Shown here piece by piece: positions 1-9,184 of a DNA stretch of 64,000 nucleotides. Made by a program: the position numbers and the translations under genes. Under the pieces are notes generated by a model. It ran no database searches. It saw nothing but the letters and a program-made list of their open reading frames with translations, and was not told where the DNA came from. Origin of the DNA: Minisyncoccota bacterium. Lineage in GTDB: Bacteria; Patescibacteriota; Minisyncoccia; Phycocordibacterales; UBA9973. How positions within the stretch are numbered: the stretch's first letter is position 1; each line of letters opens with the position of its first letter. The stretch spans positions 65,881 to 129,880 of the forward strand of contig JBAYHJ010000001.1 in assembly GCA_041666225.1 (NCBI GenBank), read 5' to 3'.

Positions 1-768
1 CAAAATGAATTAATAGTTAAAATTAAAGGTGGTTTTGGTAAAGATGAGGGAAATGCTCCAAATACTTCAAATGAAAACGATGAGGGAAGTAGAACAACTC
101 CATCTGGAGTATATTTACTGTCATCTGCCTCACTCCCAAGCGACATAGTAAAATATGGAAAACTAAGATATTCTCTTTTTGGTAAAACTATTTTGGGTGA
201 TAAAATAACCCTAGGGGAACATCAAACATGGCCAGATGAGTTAACAATTAGAACAGAAAAATTAAATACACCTGATCCAAAAGATAATAAATTCTCATAT
301 GGTTGTATAAACATAAGTGCGAACGATTTTGAAAAATATGTAAAACCAAACTTCAAAGGTGACTATGGGGAATTCATGTTTGTTCTTCAAGACAAAAAAG
401 GTAGAGAAAGTGGGGTTAAATTTGAAACAAAAAAACTTATTGAAAGTATTATTCCTACTATGGTTGAAATGGCAAATAAAGAAATGAATATGTATAGTAA
501 TTCAATTATTGAAATAAAAGACACTCTCAGTAAGCTTGGCGATGAAATTACAAATATTGAAGATAAATATAATAAACTGGTTAAAGAATATAAGCAAAAT
601 AAGAATGTTAATACTCAAAGAAAAATCGAGGATATTAAAAATGAAATAAAAAACAAAAAAAATGAAGTTGGGCAACTAAGAAAATTGCTAACTATATACG
701 CCGACAAGGTAAAAGGTGTAACAATTAAGCGTGATCAGGTGGAAAAAATATTGATGGAAATGGATTAG
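1..768 (+). CDS. L,D-transpeptidase (YkuD-like) catalytic-domain protein with C-terminal coiled coil; 5' partial (frame open from base 1)
   Basis: Frame 1 is open from position 1. The translation carries TPSGVYLL...KYGKLRYSLFGKTILGDKITLGEHQ...SYGCINIS, matching the YkuD TPxG...HG...SxGC[IV] pattern. The C-terminal 100 aa are K/E-rich heptad-like. Confidence 0.5.
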   Translation, partial: QNELIVKIKGGFGKDEGNAPNTSNENDEGSRTTPSGVYLLSSASLPSDIVKYGKLRYSLFGKTILGDKITLGEHQTWPDELTIRTEKLNTPDPKDNKFSYGCINISANDFEKYVKPNFKGDYGEFMFVLQDKKGRESGVKFETKKLIESIIPTMVEMANKEMNMYSNSIIEIKDTLSKLGDEITNIEDKYNKLVKEYKQNKNVNTQRKIEDIKNEIKNKKNEVGQLRKLLTIYADKVKGVTIKRDQVEKILMEMD

Positions 769-863
769 AGCACATTGACTTTTGTACTGTTTTGTGATAT
801 AATATAAAGACATGTAAGTTAAAATTTAGTACAATTAGTAAATATTATAAAAAATAAAAATTT

Positions 864-3092
864 ATGAAAGATCTAGAATCAACTCTTGGTAATTTAAACA
901 AAAATGAAAAACGACTAATAGAAATTAAAAAATCTAGAGTTGAGCTTGAAGAAAAAATGGGCGAATTAAAAGATCCAGTTGAGATAGAAAAAATCAAAAA
1001 ACAAATTGATGCACTCCATGAAGAAAAAGCGGGTATTATATCCAATTTCATAAAAACTGTTCCTGAAACACCATTCGAGGATGTTCCGAGTGAGTCGGAA
1101 AAAGTGGGGGTAGAAAAAAATAAAAAAGAGAGATTGCCTCCAAAACTTAGTTTTGAGCAATTAAAAGAAAAAATATCAAAAGGCGAAATAATAATCGACC
1201 CAAATAAATTTTCAGTTATAAAAGCAGACATTTTAGAAAATAAAAATGGAAAGCTAGTAAAAGAAAGGGAAAATCTATTAAAACAATTATCAGAAAAACA
1301 AAAGTATGATAAAAAAGAACTTTATAATTCTCTTGAATTTAGAAAAAGTTTAAATTTAGAATCAAAAAAAGATAAAAATGATCTTATTGATGGTAAAACA
1401 CTTAGTGAATATATTATGCAAATGGCAGGGAAAGAAGTTCAAAAAGAAGACAGGTATCCTGAAATAAAAGAAAGATTAAAAAATATAAAACTCTACAAGG
1501 AAGAAGAGATAAATGAAATGTCATATATTGAGTATATGAAAAAATATGAGGTTATAATTATAGAAGAAGAAAATCCAGCACAAGAAACGGTTGAGCAACC
1601 TGAAACTCAAAATATCACAGAAGAAAGTGAACCCGTTGTCACAAATGAAGAAGAAGCAGAAAAACAAAAGCAGGTAAAATTAGAACAAGAAAAAATGAAA
1701 AGAATTAATGCAGCCTTTGATAACTTTGTAAAAATTACACAAAACTACCAAAAATTAAAACAAGAACATGGTGAACTTGAAAACAAACTAAATGAATTAA
1801 TAGAGCTGAGAGAAAAGTTATTAAAGGAAAGTGAAAGCTCAAAAATAGAAAGGGAAATAACAATCGAGGAGCTGGCTGAAATACTAAAAAATAATAAGAT
1901 TGATCAAATAATTGTAGCCAGTAGTTATAACAAGAATAAAGAACTTGCTAGACTTAATCCTGATTTAGATTCACGTGGAGCTCTTTATCTATTAAACAGT
2001 TTAAATAAAAAACCAATTAATAATACATATGCTGACGGATCTATGAGTTCAGTTGTTGGGAAACGTGGCGAAGGGAAAGAGTCTGTTTTAAAAAACACTA
2101 ATGAGTTCAGCCCACTAAGTATAAATGAGAATGGAATTAAAAAAGATAATGAGGGAGAAAAAACAATAGAAAATAAACCTGGTCTAAAAATTTTTATAGA
2201 TACTGGTGGTGAATGGTTAAAAATCGAAGAAAATGGAGAGGAGAAAGTTCTTTATATTGACCACCATGGGTCAGGAAAGAGAGAGCCAACCTCTGGGACA
2301 AAAATGATATACAGAGCAATGGAAGAAGCTGTTATTCTAGAGAATAAACCTTGGGTGAAAAAATTAGTGAGGTTTATCAATGACACTGACAACTTAAGTT
2401 ATGTAGATGAGAAAGATAAATTTGGTAAAAGAATTTTTACTGAAACAAATTTCAAAGAAAACTGGCCTAGGTCTCTATATGCTCTAGCTGAAGATTATAT
2501 CCCTTTTAATAAACTTGTTGAATTATTTGAAAAAGGAACAATTAAAGATCCATCTAAACCATTCACAAAAGAAGAATTGGAAGGCGAAATCGGAAAAATT
2601 GAAACAACAGAGATGGGACATAAAAAACCCTTAAAAGATATAGTGGAGGAAATAGAAAAAAAAGTAATAGAAAATGTTGAAAGTGTAAAGAGAATAAGAA
2701 ATTATAATAGTAAAGTAGAAAAGTTGAATACTAATTCAAAAAATCTTGGGAAAATTATTTATCATAATTTTAAATGCAAATATAAAGATCCTGATGATGA
2801 AACCAAATTAAAAACAAGCATTATTGATGACAAAATGTCATTTAAGGCCATAAAGGCAATGAACGCTGATACTTATGTTGTTTGGAATAAGACAAAGGAC
2901 AAAAAATCTTTCTTCATTAATTCAAAAGATGCTGACTTGGTAGAAATTGCAAAGAGGTTAAACGAAGAAGACCCAGGTTGTGCAAAAGAAGTTCGTGGAG
3001 TATTCATATTTGGAAAAATAAATAAGCTGAGTGAGAGAAAATTCCTAGAAATACTTGACCCAGAAATAATAAAAGATGCAAAATTAAAATAA
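864..3092 (+). CDS. Large coiled-coil protein with embedded DHH-family phosphoesterase-like motifs
   Basis: 742-aa ORF. N-terminal K/E coiled coil. Motifs RLNPDLDSRGALYLL (NrnA-like motif I HxxPDxDxxGS), IFIDTGG (motif II) and LYIDHHGSG (motif III DHH). Confidence 0.45.
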   Translation: MKDLESTLGNLNKNEKRLIEIKKSRVELEEKMGELKDPVEIEKIKKQIDALHEEKAGIISNFIKTVPETPFEDVPSESEKVGVEKNKKERLPPKLSFEQLKEKISKGEIIIDPNKFSVIKADILENKNGKLVKERENLLKQLSEKQKYDKKELYNSLEFRKSLNLESKKDKNDLIDGKTLSEYIMQMAGKEVQKEDRYPEIKERLKNIKLYKEEEINEMSYIEYMKKYEVIIIEEENPAQETVEQPETQNITEESEPVVTNEEEAEKQKQVKLEQEKMKRINAAFDNFVKITQNYQKLKQEHGELENKLNELIELREKLLKESESSKIEREITIEELAEILKNNKIDQIIVASSYNKNKELARLNPDLDSRGALYLLNSLNKKPINNTYADGSMSSVVGKRGEGKESVLKNTNEFSPLSINENGIKKDNEGEKTIENKPGLKIFIDTGGEWLKIEENGEEKVLYIDHHGSGKREPTSGTKMIYRAMEEAVILENKPWVKKLVRFINDTDNLSYVDEKDKFGKRIFTETNFKENWPRSLYALAEDYIPFNKLVELFEKGTIKDPSKPFTKEELEGEIGKIETTEMGHKKPLKDIVEEIEKKVIENVESVKRIRNYNSKVEKLNTNSKNLGKIIYHNFKCKYKDPDDETKLKTSIIDDKMSFKAIKAMNADTYVVWNKTKDKKSFFINSKDADLVEIAKRLNEEDPGCAKEVRGVFIFGKINKLSERKFLEILDPEIIKDAKLK

Positions 3093-3131
3093 TAAAAGTC
3101 GAACTTAATAATAAAAAATAACAAATACAAA

Positions 3132-6128
3132 ATGACTAAAAAACCAGATTACCCACCATTAAAACTATCAGATATTGATAAAAGTATTGAGGAGACAAAA
3201 AAGGCTCTTGCAGAAAAGGGTGGATTGTTAGATGAAACAAAAACACAATTAGAAGAACAAATAAAAGTATTCGAGAGTCTAGGTGTTTCAAAAGAAAAAA
3301 TCGATGAACTTCGTAATAAAATGATAGAGAGTGAGGTTAAATCAACAACAATAGAGAAAGTTGACACAAATCCAGAAGAAAACAAAACTTCTAAAAATAA
3401 AGAACCAGTAAAAGATATTAAAGATGAAAATCTAAGGAGTGAGTATTATGATAAAGCACTTGAGATAATAACAAAAACGGGTGACACAACTTTTTCTAAT
3501 TTACAAAGAAAACTCAAGATAAGTATGGGTAAGGCAAAAAGACTACTAGAGATTCTCGAGCAAGATGGAATTCTTGGTCCGTCTATAAACGGTACCCCTA
3601 GAGAGATTTTAAAAAAAGAGGAGAAAAAAAATATAAATAGCACTGAAAAACCTGAAACTGACCAGGAAAAAGCGGCAAAGTTAAGCGATCAGATAAAAGC
3701 CGAACAGGAAGAAAGAGAGAATGCAACCAAAGGAAAAGAAAAAACAAAATATAATTTTGTTTGGGAGACAAAAACGAATCAGACAGATCAAGCTTACGGT
3801 TATTACGACTATCAAGTAGGAACTTTTCCTTTTGAAATTAACGGGGTGAAATCAGAAGTTGTAATTAGTGAGGAAAAAACAGAATGGCATGAATATTCAA
3901 GACTTAAGAAAATGGCCAGATTTGGAATGGGAGACTCTGGAAAAATAATTTTCAAAAAAAATCCATCTTGGAGTGTTTATGTAACTGATGGAAATAAAAC
4001 ATTAGACAACAAATATCCAAAAACAATATATTTTAATACAAAAGAAGAAGCTATTGAAAAAGCAAATGAAATTATAGAGGAGGGAATGAAAATTAAATTT
4101 GAGGAAGAAAAGAAATACATGGGACAAGGAGCAACTCCTCCTCCACCTCGACAAAATCAAAATAATCCAGGAACAAAAACACCAGAGCCAATTCAAAATA
4201 TTTCTCAAGAACAACTACTTAATAATTTAAACAATCTCGAAAAATTAGCTCAAGATAAATTAGACTCATCAAAATTCAGAGGCAAAATTCTAAAGGGCTT
4301 AGATAAATGGGAAAATCTTGGGAAAGGAGAAGGAAAAGCAAATTTTGCCAAAAGAATGACTAAAATTGCTCTTAATTTAGCTCTAATCGGTCTGGTTTCT
4401 TCAATTGCGGTTGATCAAATTGCTAATGCTGGAATAGAAATTGCCGGTCAAACTCTTTCAAATACCGCTTTAGCTGGCGGAACATCTCACTATTTAATTA
4501 ATAAAATGGGAATCGGACTCGGGCTTTCTGCTTCAATGGATCGTTTAGGAAATAAAATACCAAATAAAGTAAAAAAGTGGATACCTTGGGTTATGGGGGG
4601 CGGTAGTATTTTAGCTGCAGGAGTCTTATCAGGAGGAACAGTAGCTGTGGCCGCCGGTGTTGGTTTTGCTGCCTCTAAATTATTAAAAAAGAATTTTACA
4701 AATGAAAAAATTGAAGCAAAACAGGAAAATGCCAGAAAAGAATTGTTAGAAAAAATAAAAAAAGAAGGAGCTGAAATAAATCCTGAAAAAGTAAAAGCTT
4801 TTGAAAATGAATATTCTAAGTTATTAAAAAAATACGAAAACCAAAAAATATGGGGTAAGTTGTGGGGTACAGCGGCAAGATTTGGCTTGGCGACAATTGT
4901 TAGTACTGTAACTCTAGAAGCTGCAGGATATGCTAAAGATATGCACGCAGAACATCAAGCAAATGTTGAAAAACCAGTAGAAGAAGCGAAAGCTGTCGAA
5001 GATCAAAGCAACACTTCGCAAAATGATTCAATTTCAGAAAAACAAAATGAAATAATTAAATCCGATTCAACTGAAAATAAAACACCTATTTCTGATACAA
5101 CAGATATGACCAAAGAATCTGATACCACAACTTCACAAATTGAAAATACTCAGACACCACAAACAGCAGAGGGTAATATAACACAAAGTGGTAATATCCA
5201 AGAATTTATGAAATCAAGTGCCACACAAGATGCTATAAAACTTGGTATGTATACTCCGGGTGAGGCAAATGAAAGTATGATTGTCCAATCAGGAACAGTT
5301 TCATTTGATGCAAATGGCCATCACGTCGAAGTTCCATATAGTTCAGATGGAGCAATTCAAACAATCGCCGATTTGAAAGAAAAAATGATTGCAGAATTTG
5401 GTGGTGAAGAAAAAATCCCAGAAGGAAATATGACAACTCATTATGTTGACATGAATGGAGCAGAGCATGATCAATCTCTAATACACAATGATACAAATGG
5501 AGTAGAAGTTATTGAAAAATATAATGGAACAATGTTTGATTCAGACCACTCTCATGCAACAGTTGAACATTCTGCTCACGATAGTCTCTCTGATGATAAT
5601 AAAGTGCCAGAGCAAATAAATCATGAAACAGGTGAACCAATGGATAATAACACTGGAAATAATTCAGAAACACAAACCAATGAATCTACAACCCCTAAAC
5701 AAGTAAATCCTAAGACAGGACTACCTATGGACAACAAGGGGGATAATTCGCAAGCTGATAACAAAAACAATTTATCAAATAATGGCAATGAAAATACCAC
5801 TATTTTATCGACCGAAAAGTTAGAACATGTCCACAAAGTTTTTAATCATAATATTGATCATTTATTTGGAGAAAGACCTATAAGTGCTTGGAGTTACATA
5901 AAAGACCATGTTTCTGCAACAAGAATAATGGAAATGTATAAAGAGGGTGAAATAAAAGAAGACTTTAAGCCGCTTACTCATTATATGAACCAATTACAAA
6001 ATATTACCGGAATAAGGCCACAAGGAGTTGACCTATTACACCCTGATCCAGAAACAATTCCTCATTATATTGGTCGGGCACTAGAAGAAGCAGAGCGAAC
6101 TGGTCAAATAGGTAAAGTTACATTATAA
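3132..6128 (+). CDS. Giant membrane-associated protein with FtsK-gamma-like winged-helix segment, Gly-rich TM/amphipathic core and T/S/N/D-rich C-terminal half
   Basis: 998-aa ORF. Residues ~105-150 read YYDKALEIITKTGDTTFSNLQRKLKISMGKAKRLLEILEQDGILGP, close to the FtsK gamma consensus (SxLQRxLxIGxxRAxRxxxxLExxGIVGP). Hydrophobic G/A-rich segments at ~400-520. Confidence 0.45.
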   Translation: MTKKPDYPPLKLSDIDKSIEETKKALAEKGGLLDETKTQLEEQIKVFESLGVSKEKIDELRNKMIESEVKSTTIEKVDTNPEENKTSKNKEPVKDIKDENLRSEYYDKALEIITKTGDTTFSNLQRKLKISMGKAKRLLEILEQDGILGPSINGTPREILKKEEKKNINSTEKPETDQEKAAKLSDQIKAEQEERENATKGKEKTKYNFVWETKTNQTDQAYGYYDYQVGTFPFEINGVKSEVVISEEKTEWHEYSRLKKMARFGMGDSGKIIFKKNPSWSVYVTDGNKTLDNKYPKTIYFNTKEEAIEKANEIIEEGMKIKFEEEKKYMGQGATPPPPRQNQNNPGTKTPEPIQNISQEQLLNNLNNLEKLAQDKLDSSKFRGKILKGLDKWENLGKGEGKANFAKRMTKIALNLALIGLVSSIAVDQIANAGIEIAGQTLSNTALAGGTSHYLINKMGIGLGLSASMDRLGNKIPNKVKKWIPWVMGGGSILAAGVLSGGTVAVAAGVGFAASKLLKKNFTNEKIEAKQENARKELLEKIKKEGAEINPEKVKAFENEYSKLLKKYENQKIWGKLWGTAARFGLATIVSTVTLEAAGYAKDMHAEHQANVEKPVEEAKAVEDQSNTSQNDSISEKQNEIIKSDSTENKTPISDTTDMTKESDTTTSQIENTQTPQTAEGNITQSGNIQEFMKSSATQDAIKLGMYTPGEANESMIVQSGTVSFDANGHHVEVPYSSDGAIQTIADLKEKMIAEFGGEEKIPEGNMTTHYVDMNGAEHDQSLIHNDTNGVEVIEKYNGTMFDSDHSHATVEHSAHDSLSDDNKVPEQINHETGEPMDNNTGNNSETQTNESTTPKQVNPKTGLPMDNKGDNSQADNKNNLSNNGNENTTILSTEKLEHVHKVFNHNIDHLFGERPISAWSYIKDHVSATRIMEMYKEGEIKEDFKPLTHYMNQLQNITGIRPQGVDLLHPDPETIPHYIGRALEEAERTGQIGKVTL

Positions 6129-6140
6129 TTAATAAACCCT

Positions 6141-6446
6141 ATGGGTAAAATAAATATGAATACTGTAAAAAAAGATTTGTTCGATTTGTTTCAAATAGAT
6201 AAAATGTCACCTGAAAAAGGAGAGGAAATGCTTGGACGTCTTTCTAAGTTAGTTTTCCAGGCTGTTTTAGTGAGAGTATTACCAACATTATCAGAAGAAG
6301 AGTTAAGTGAGTATGAAAAAATCGTAGATGGAGATCAAGAAGCAGATGTTATCTTTAAATTTTTATCAGAAAAAATAAAAAATTTAGACGAAATAATTAA
6401 AGAAGAAGCCGAAAATTTAAGAATTGCTTTAGCTGAAAAGGCTTAA
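6141..6446 (+). CDS. Hypothetical small helical protein
   Basis: 101-aa ORF following the giant gene; no recognisable motif. Confidence 0.35.
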   Translation: MGKINMNTVKKDLFDLFQIDKMSPEKGEEMLGRLSKLVFQAVLVRVLPTLSEEELSEYEKIVDGDQEADVIFKFLSEKIKNLDEIIKEEAENLRIALAEKA

Positions 6447-6465
6447 TAAATATAAAATTAGACAT

Positions 6466-6499
6466 AAAAACACCCTCATTATTAATGAGGATGTTTTTA
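6466..6499 (+). terminator. Rho-independent terminator-like hairpin
   Basis: aaaaaCACCCTCATTattAATGAGGaTGttttt: 8/9-bp stem followed by a T-run. Confidence 0.5.
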
Positions 6500-6508
6500 T
6501 GTTAAGAT

Positions 6509-8461
6509 TTGTCTATGCAATATCTTGATTCTTTAAATGATAAACAAAAAGAAGCAGCCCTTTATACAGAAGGACCACTTTTGATAGTAGCCGGAGCGGG
6601 GGCGGGAAAGACAAAAACCATCACTCATCGAATAATTCACCTTATTCACCAAGGGGTAGATCCAAAGTCTATACTAGCGGTAACTTTTACAAATAAAGCT
6701 TCAAAAGAGATGCGAGACCGCATTACGGCCATGCTTGGTGAACCTATCCACGGCAATGATCCCAAAAATAATTATCCAACTTATAGAGATAGTGTTCCTT
6801 TTGTTTCAACTTTTCACTCTCTGGGAGTTCATATAATCAAAGAAAATTCTCACCTGATTGGTTTAAATAAATATTTCACTATCATGGATGAAAGTGGGGC
6901 TATCAGTATCATTAAAAGTGTCATGAAGGAGCACGACATCGACCCCAAACAACATGAACCTCGAAAAATAAAATCGGTAATTTCAAAATCAAAAGGAGAT
7001 TTTATTACTGTTGAGACTTTTAGTGCAAATGTTGGAAGTGCCGCTCAGAGTATCATCGCAACAGTTTGGCGTGGATATGAAGCTCAATTAAAAAAAGAAA
7101 AGGCTCTCGACTTCGATGATCTTCTACTTGAAACTGTTTTAATTTTAAAAAAATATCCTGAAGTAAAACAAAAGTATCAGGAGCAATGGAAATATCTTCA
7201 CGTCGATGAGTACCAAGATACAAATGAAGTCCAATACGAGATGACAAAACTTCTTGTCGGGAAAGAAGAAAATATTTGTGTGGTTGGAGATACTGACCAA
7301 AATATTTATAGTTGGCGTGGGGCAAATATAAAAAATATGCTTCATTTTGAAAAAGATTTCCCAAATGCAAAGATAGTGATGCTCGAACAAAACTATCGTT
7401 CAACAAAAAACATTATCGAAGCCGCAAATAGTGTAATAGAGAAAAATATTTACCGTGTTCCAAAAATTTTATTTACAGAAAATATAGCAGGTGAAGAAAT
7501 AAATATTTGCGAAGCTTATGATGAGCAAAGTGAAGCAGTTTTTGTCGCTTCAAAAATTGATGAATTGTTGAAAGAAAATAAACCTGAAGATATCGCAATT
7601 CTTTACCGGGCAAACTTTCAATCACGAGTCCTAGAAGAAGCACTTTTGGATAAACAAATTCCATATCAAGTTCTTGGTGTAAAATTTTTTGATCGCAAAG
7701 AAATTAAAGATGTACTTTCATATGTTCGTGTCGCTTACAATAAAGAAAGTCTATCTGATATAAAAAGAATTATAAATATTCCCGTCCGAGGAATAGGTAA
7801 GGTTACAATCGCAAAACTTTTCGCGGGGCAACAAAATGAACTGCCAAGTGGCACTCAAATAAAAATAAATAATTTCTATAAAATTATTGATGATATAAAA
7901 TCATATGTAGATACACACAAACCATCTGAATCGATTAAATATGTAATCGAGAAAAGTGGCATGAAAGATGAACTAGAACATGGGACGACAGATGAGCAAG
8001 AACGCTTGGAAAATATGATGGAATTAGTAACTTTAGCCATTAAGTATGACAATTTCAAGAGTGGAGAAGGCATGGAAAAATTATTAGAAGACGCCTCACT
8101 TTCAAGTGACCAAGATACCCTAATTCATGAAAAAGGAAATGGAGTAAGACTCATGACAGTACATGCATCCAAAGGATTGGAATTTAAATATGTTTTTATT
8201 ACTGGACTTGAACAAGATTTATTCCCCCACGTAAAAGATAGAATGAAAAAAAAAGAAGACACCGAGGAAGAGAGGAGGTTGTTTTACGTTGCAATAACTC
8301 GCGCACGAGAAAAATTATTTTTATCTTACGCTTCTTTGCGTACAATATACGGAATGAAACAAGTAAATAATCCAAGTGAATTTATTTATGATATCCCCGC
8401 ACATTTAACAACTTTCGAACAAGCACAAACTTCAAATGGTGAAAGAATAGTTTATCTATAG
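6509..8461 (+). CDS. uvrD: ATP-dependent DNA helicase, UvrD/PcrA family
   Basis: Walker A in LIVAGAGAGKTKTITHRI, then TFTNKAS and the YQDTNEVQY motif; 650 aa. Confidence 0.85.
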   Translation: MSMQYLDSLNDKQKEAALYTEGPLLIVAGAGAGKTKTITHRIIHLIHQGVDPKSILAVTFTNKASKEMRDRITAMLGEPIHGNDPKNNYPTYRDSVPFVSTFHSLGVHIIKENSHLIGLNKYFTIMDESGAISIIKSVMKEHDIDPKQHEPRKIKSVISKSKGDFITVETFSANVGSAAQSIIATVWRGYEAQLKKEKALDFDDLLLETVLILKKYPEVKQKYQEQWKYLHVDEYQDTNEVQYEMTKLLVGKEENICVVGDTDQNIYSWRGANIKNMLHFEKDFPNAKIVMLEQNYRSTKNIIEAANSVIEKNIYRVPKILFTENIAGEEINICEAYDEQSEAVFVASKIDELLKENKPEDIAILYRANFQSRVLEEALLDKQIPYQVLGVKFFDRKEIKDVLSYVRVAYNKESLSDIKRIINIPVRGIGKVTIAKLFAGQQNELPSGTQIKINNFYKIIDDIKSYVDTHKPSESIKYVIEKSGMKDELEHGTTDEQERLENMMELVTLAIKYDNFKSGEGMEKLLEDASLSSDQDTLIHEKGNGVRLMTVHASKGLEFKYVFITGLEQDLFPHVKDRMKKKEDTEEERRLFYVAITRAREKLFLSYASLRTIYGMKQVNNPSEFIYDIPAHLTTFEQAQTSNGERIVYL

Positions 8462-8465
8462 TATT

Positions 8466-8496
8466 CCCCATGTCCAGGCCTTGCCTGGACATGGGG
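8466..8496. repeat. REP-like GC-clamped palindrome copy a (ccccaTGTCCAGGC-ctt-GCCTGGACAtgggg)
   Basis: Perfect 14-bp stem with a 3-nt loop, immediately after the helicase stop. It is the reverse complement of copy d. Confidence 0.85.
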
Positions 8497-8515
8497 GATG
8501 GATTATAATTAGTTT

Positions 8516-9184
8516 ATGTCTATTCGTGCAACACCTTTTGTTTGTGATGAGTATTATCATATTTACAACCGTGGAGTAAACAAGATGAAAATATTCATAA
8601 ATCATAGCGATTATGATCGTTTTTTAAAGTTATTATATTCAATAAATAATACCACTTTGACAAAATTCTCAGATATTGAAACAAGTCCAGGCAAGGCTTG
8701 GACATTTGAGAGAGATGAAACACTAGTTGATATTGGAGCATTTTGTCTTATGCCAAATCATTTTCATTTACTTTTAAAAGAAAAAAATGAGGGTGGAATT
8801 ACAACTTTTTTACACAGATTAGCAACTTCATATTCTACATATTTTAATAAAAAATATAACCGTAATGGTTCTGTGTTTCAAGGAAAATTTAAATCTGAGT
8901 ACATAAACAATGATCGTTATTTAAAATATTTATTTTCATATATTCATTTAAATCCAATAAAACTTGTACAAAAGGATTGGAAAGAAAAGGGGGTAAATAA
9001 TATAAATAAAACAAAACAATATTTGAATAAATATAAATATTCTAGTTATGTTGATTATAAAAATGAAAAAAGAAAAGAATCAAAAATTCTTAATCCATCA
9101 GTTTTCCCAAATTATTTTCCAACAACAGAAAAATTTGAGAAAGAAATTTTTGAATGGCTAAATTATAACAACTATGATAAATAA
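8516..9184 (+). CDS. IS200/IS605-like HUH Y1 transposase, REP-associated (RAYT-like)
   Basis: YHIYNRGVN near the N-terminus, HuH motif in LMPNHFHLLL, and later Y-containing motifs (YLKYLFSYIHLNP). The gene is flanked by inverted copies of the palindrome. Confidence 0.6.
   Translation: MSIRATPFVCDEYYHIYNRGVNKMKIFINHSDYDRFLKLLYSINNTTLTKFSDIETSPGKAWTFERDETLVDIGAFCLMPNHFHLLLKEKNEGGITTFLHRLATSYSTYFNKKYNRNGSVFQGKFKSEYINNDRYLKYLFSYIHLNPIKLVQKDWKEKGVNNINKTKQYLNKYKYSSYVDYKNEKRKESKILNPSVFPNYFPTTEKFEKEIFEWLNYNNYDK
8684..8705. repeat. REP-like palindrome copy b (aGTCCAGGCAAGGCTTGGACAt), inside the transposase CDS
   Basis: Same core with one G-T wobble; in-frame, encoding SPGKAWT. Confidence 0.75.

Noticed and set aside
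845-1231. Many 60-160 aa ORFs in the supplied track lie antisense to or inside large genes (845-1231 -, 5233-5496 -, 7053-7406 -, 14376-14756 -, 15156-15629 -, 16989-17363 +, 18658-18993 -, 47179-47601 -)
   Set aside because: They overlap strongly supported long ORFs on the other strand or frame. They have low-complexity, S/F/L-rich composition typical of antisense AT-rich frames and show no motifs.
8466-8496. Palindrome at 8466 as a simple rho-independent terminator of the helicase gene
   Set aside because: No T-run follows it. The same sequence recurs three more times, including inside coding regions. A repeat-family interpretation is preferred, although it may still stabilise the transcript.
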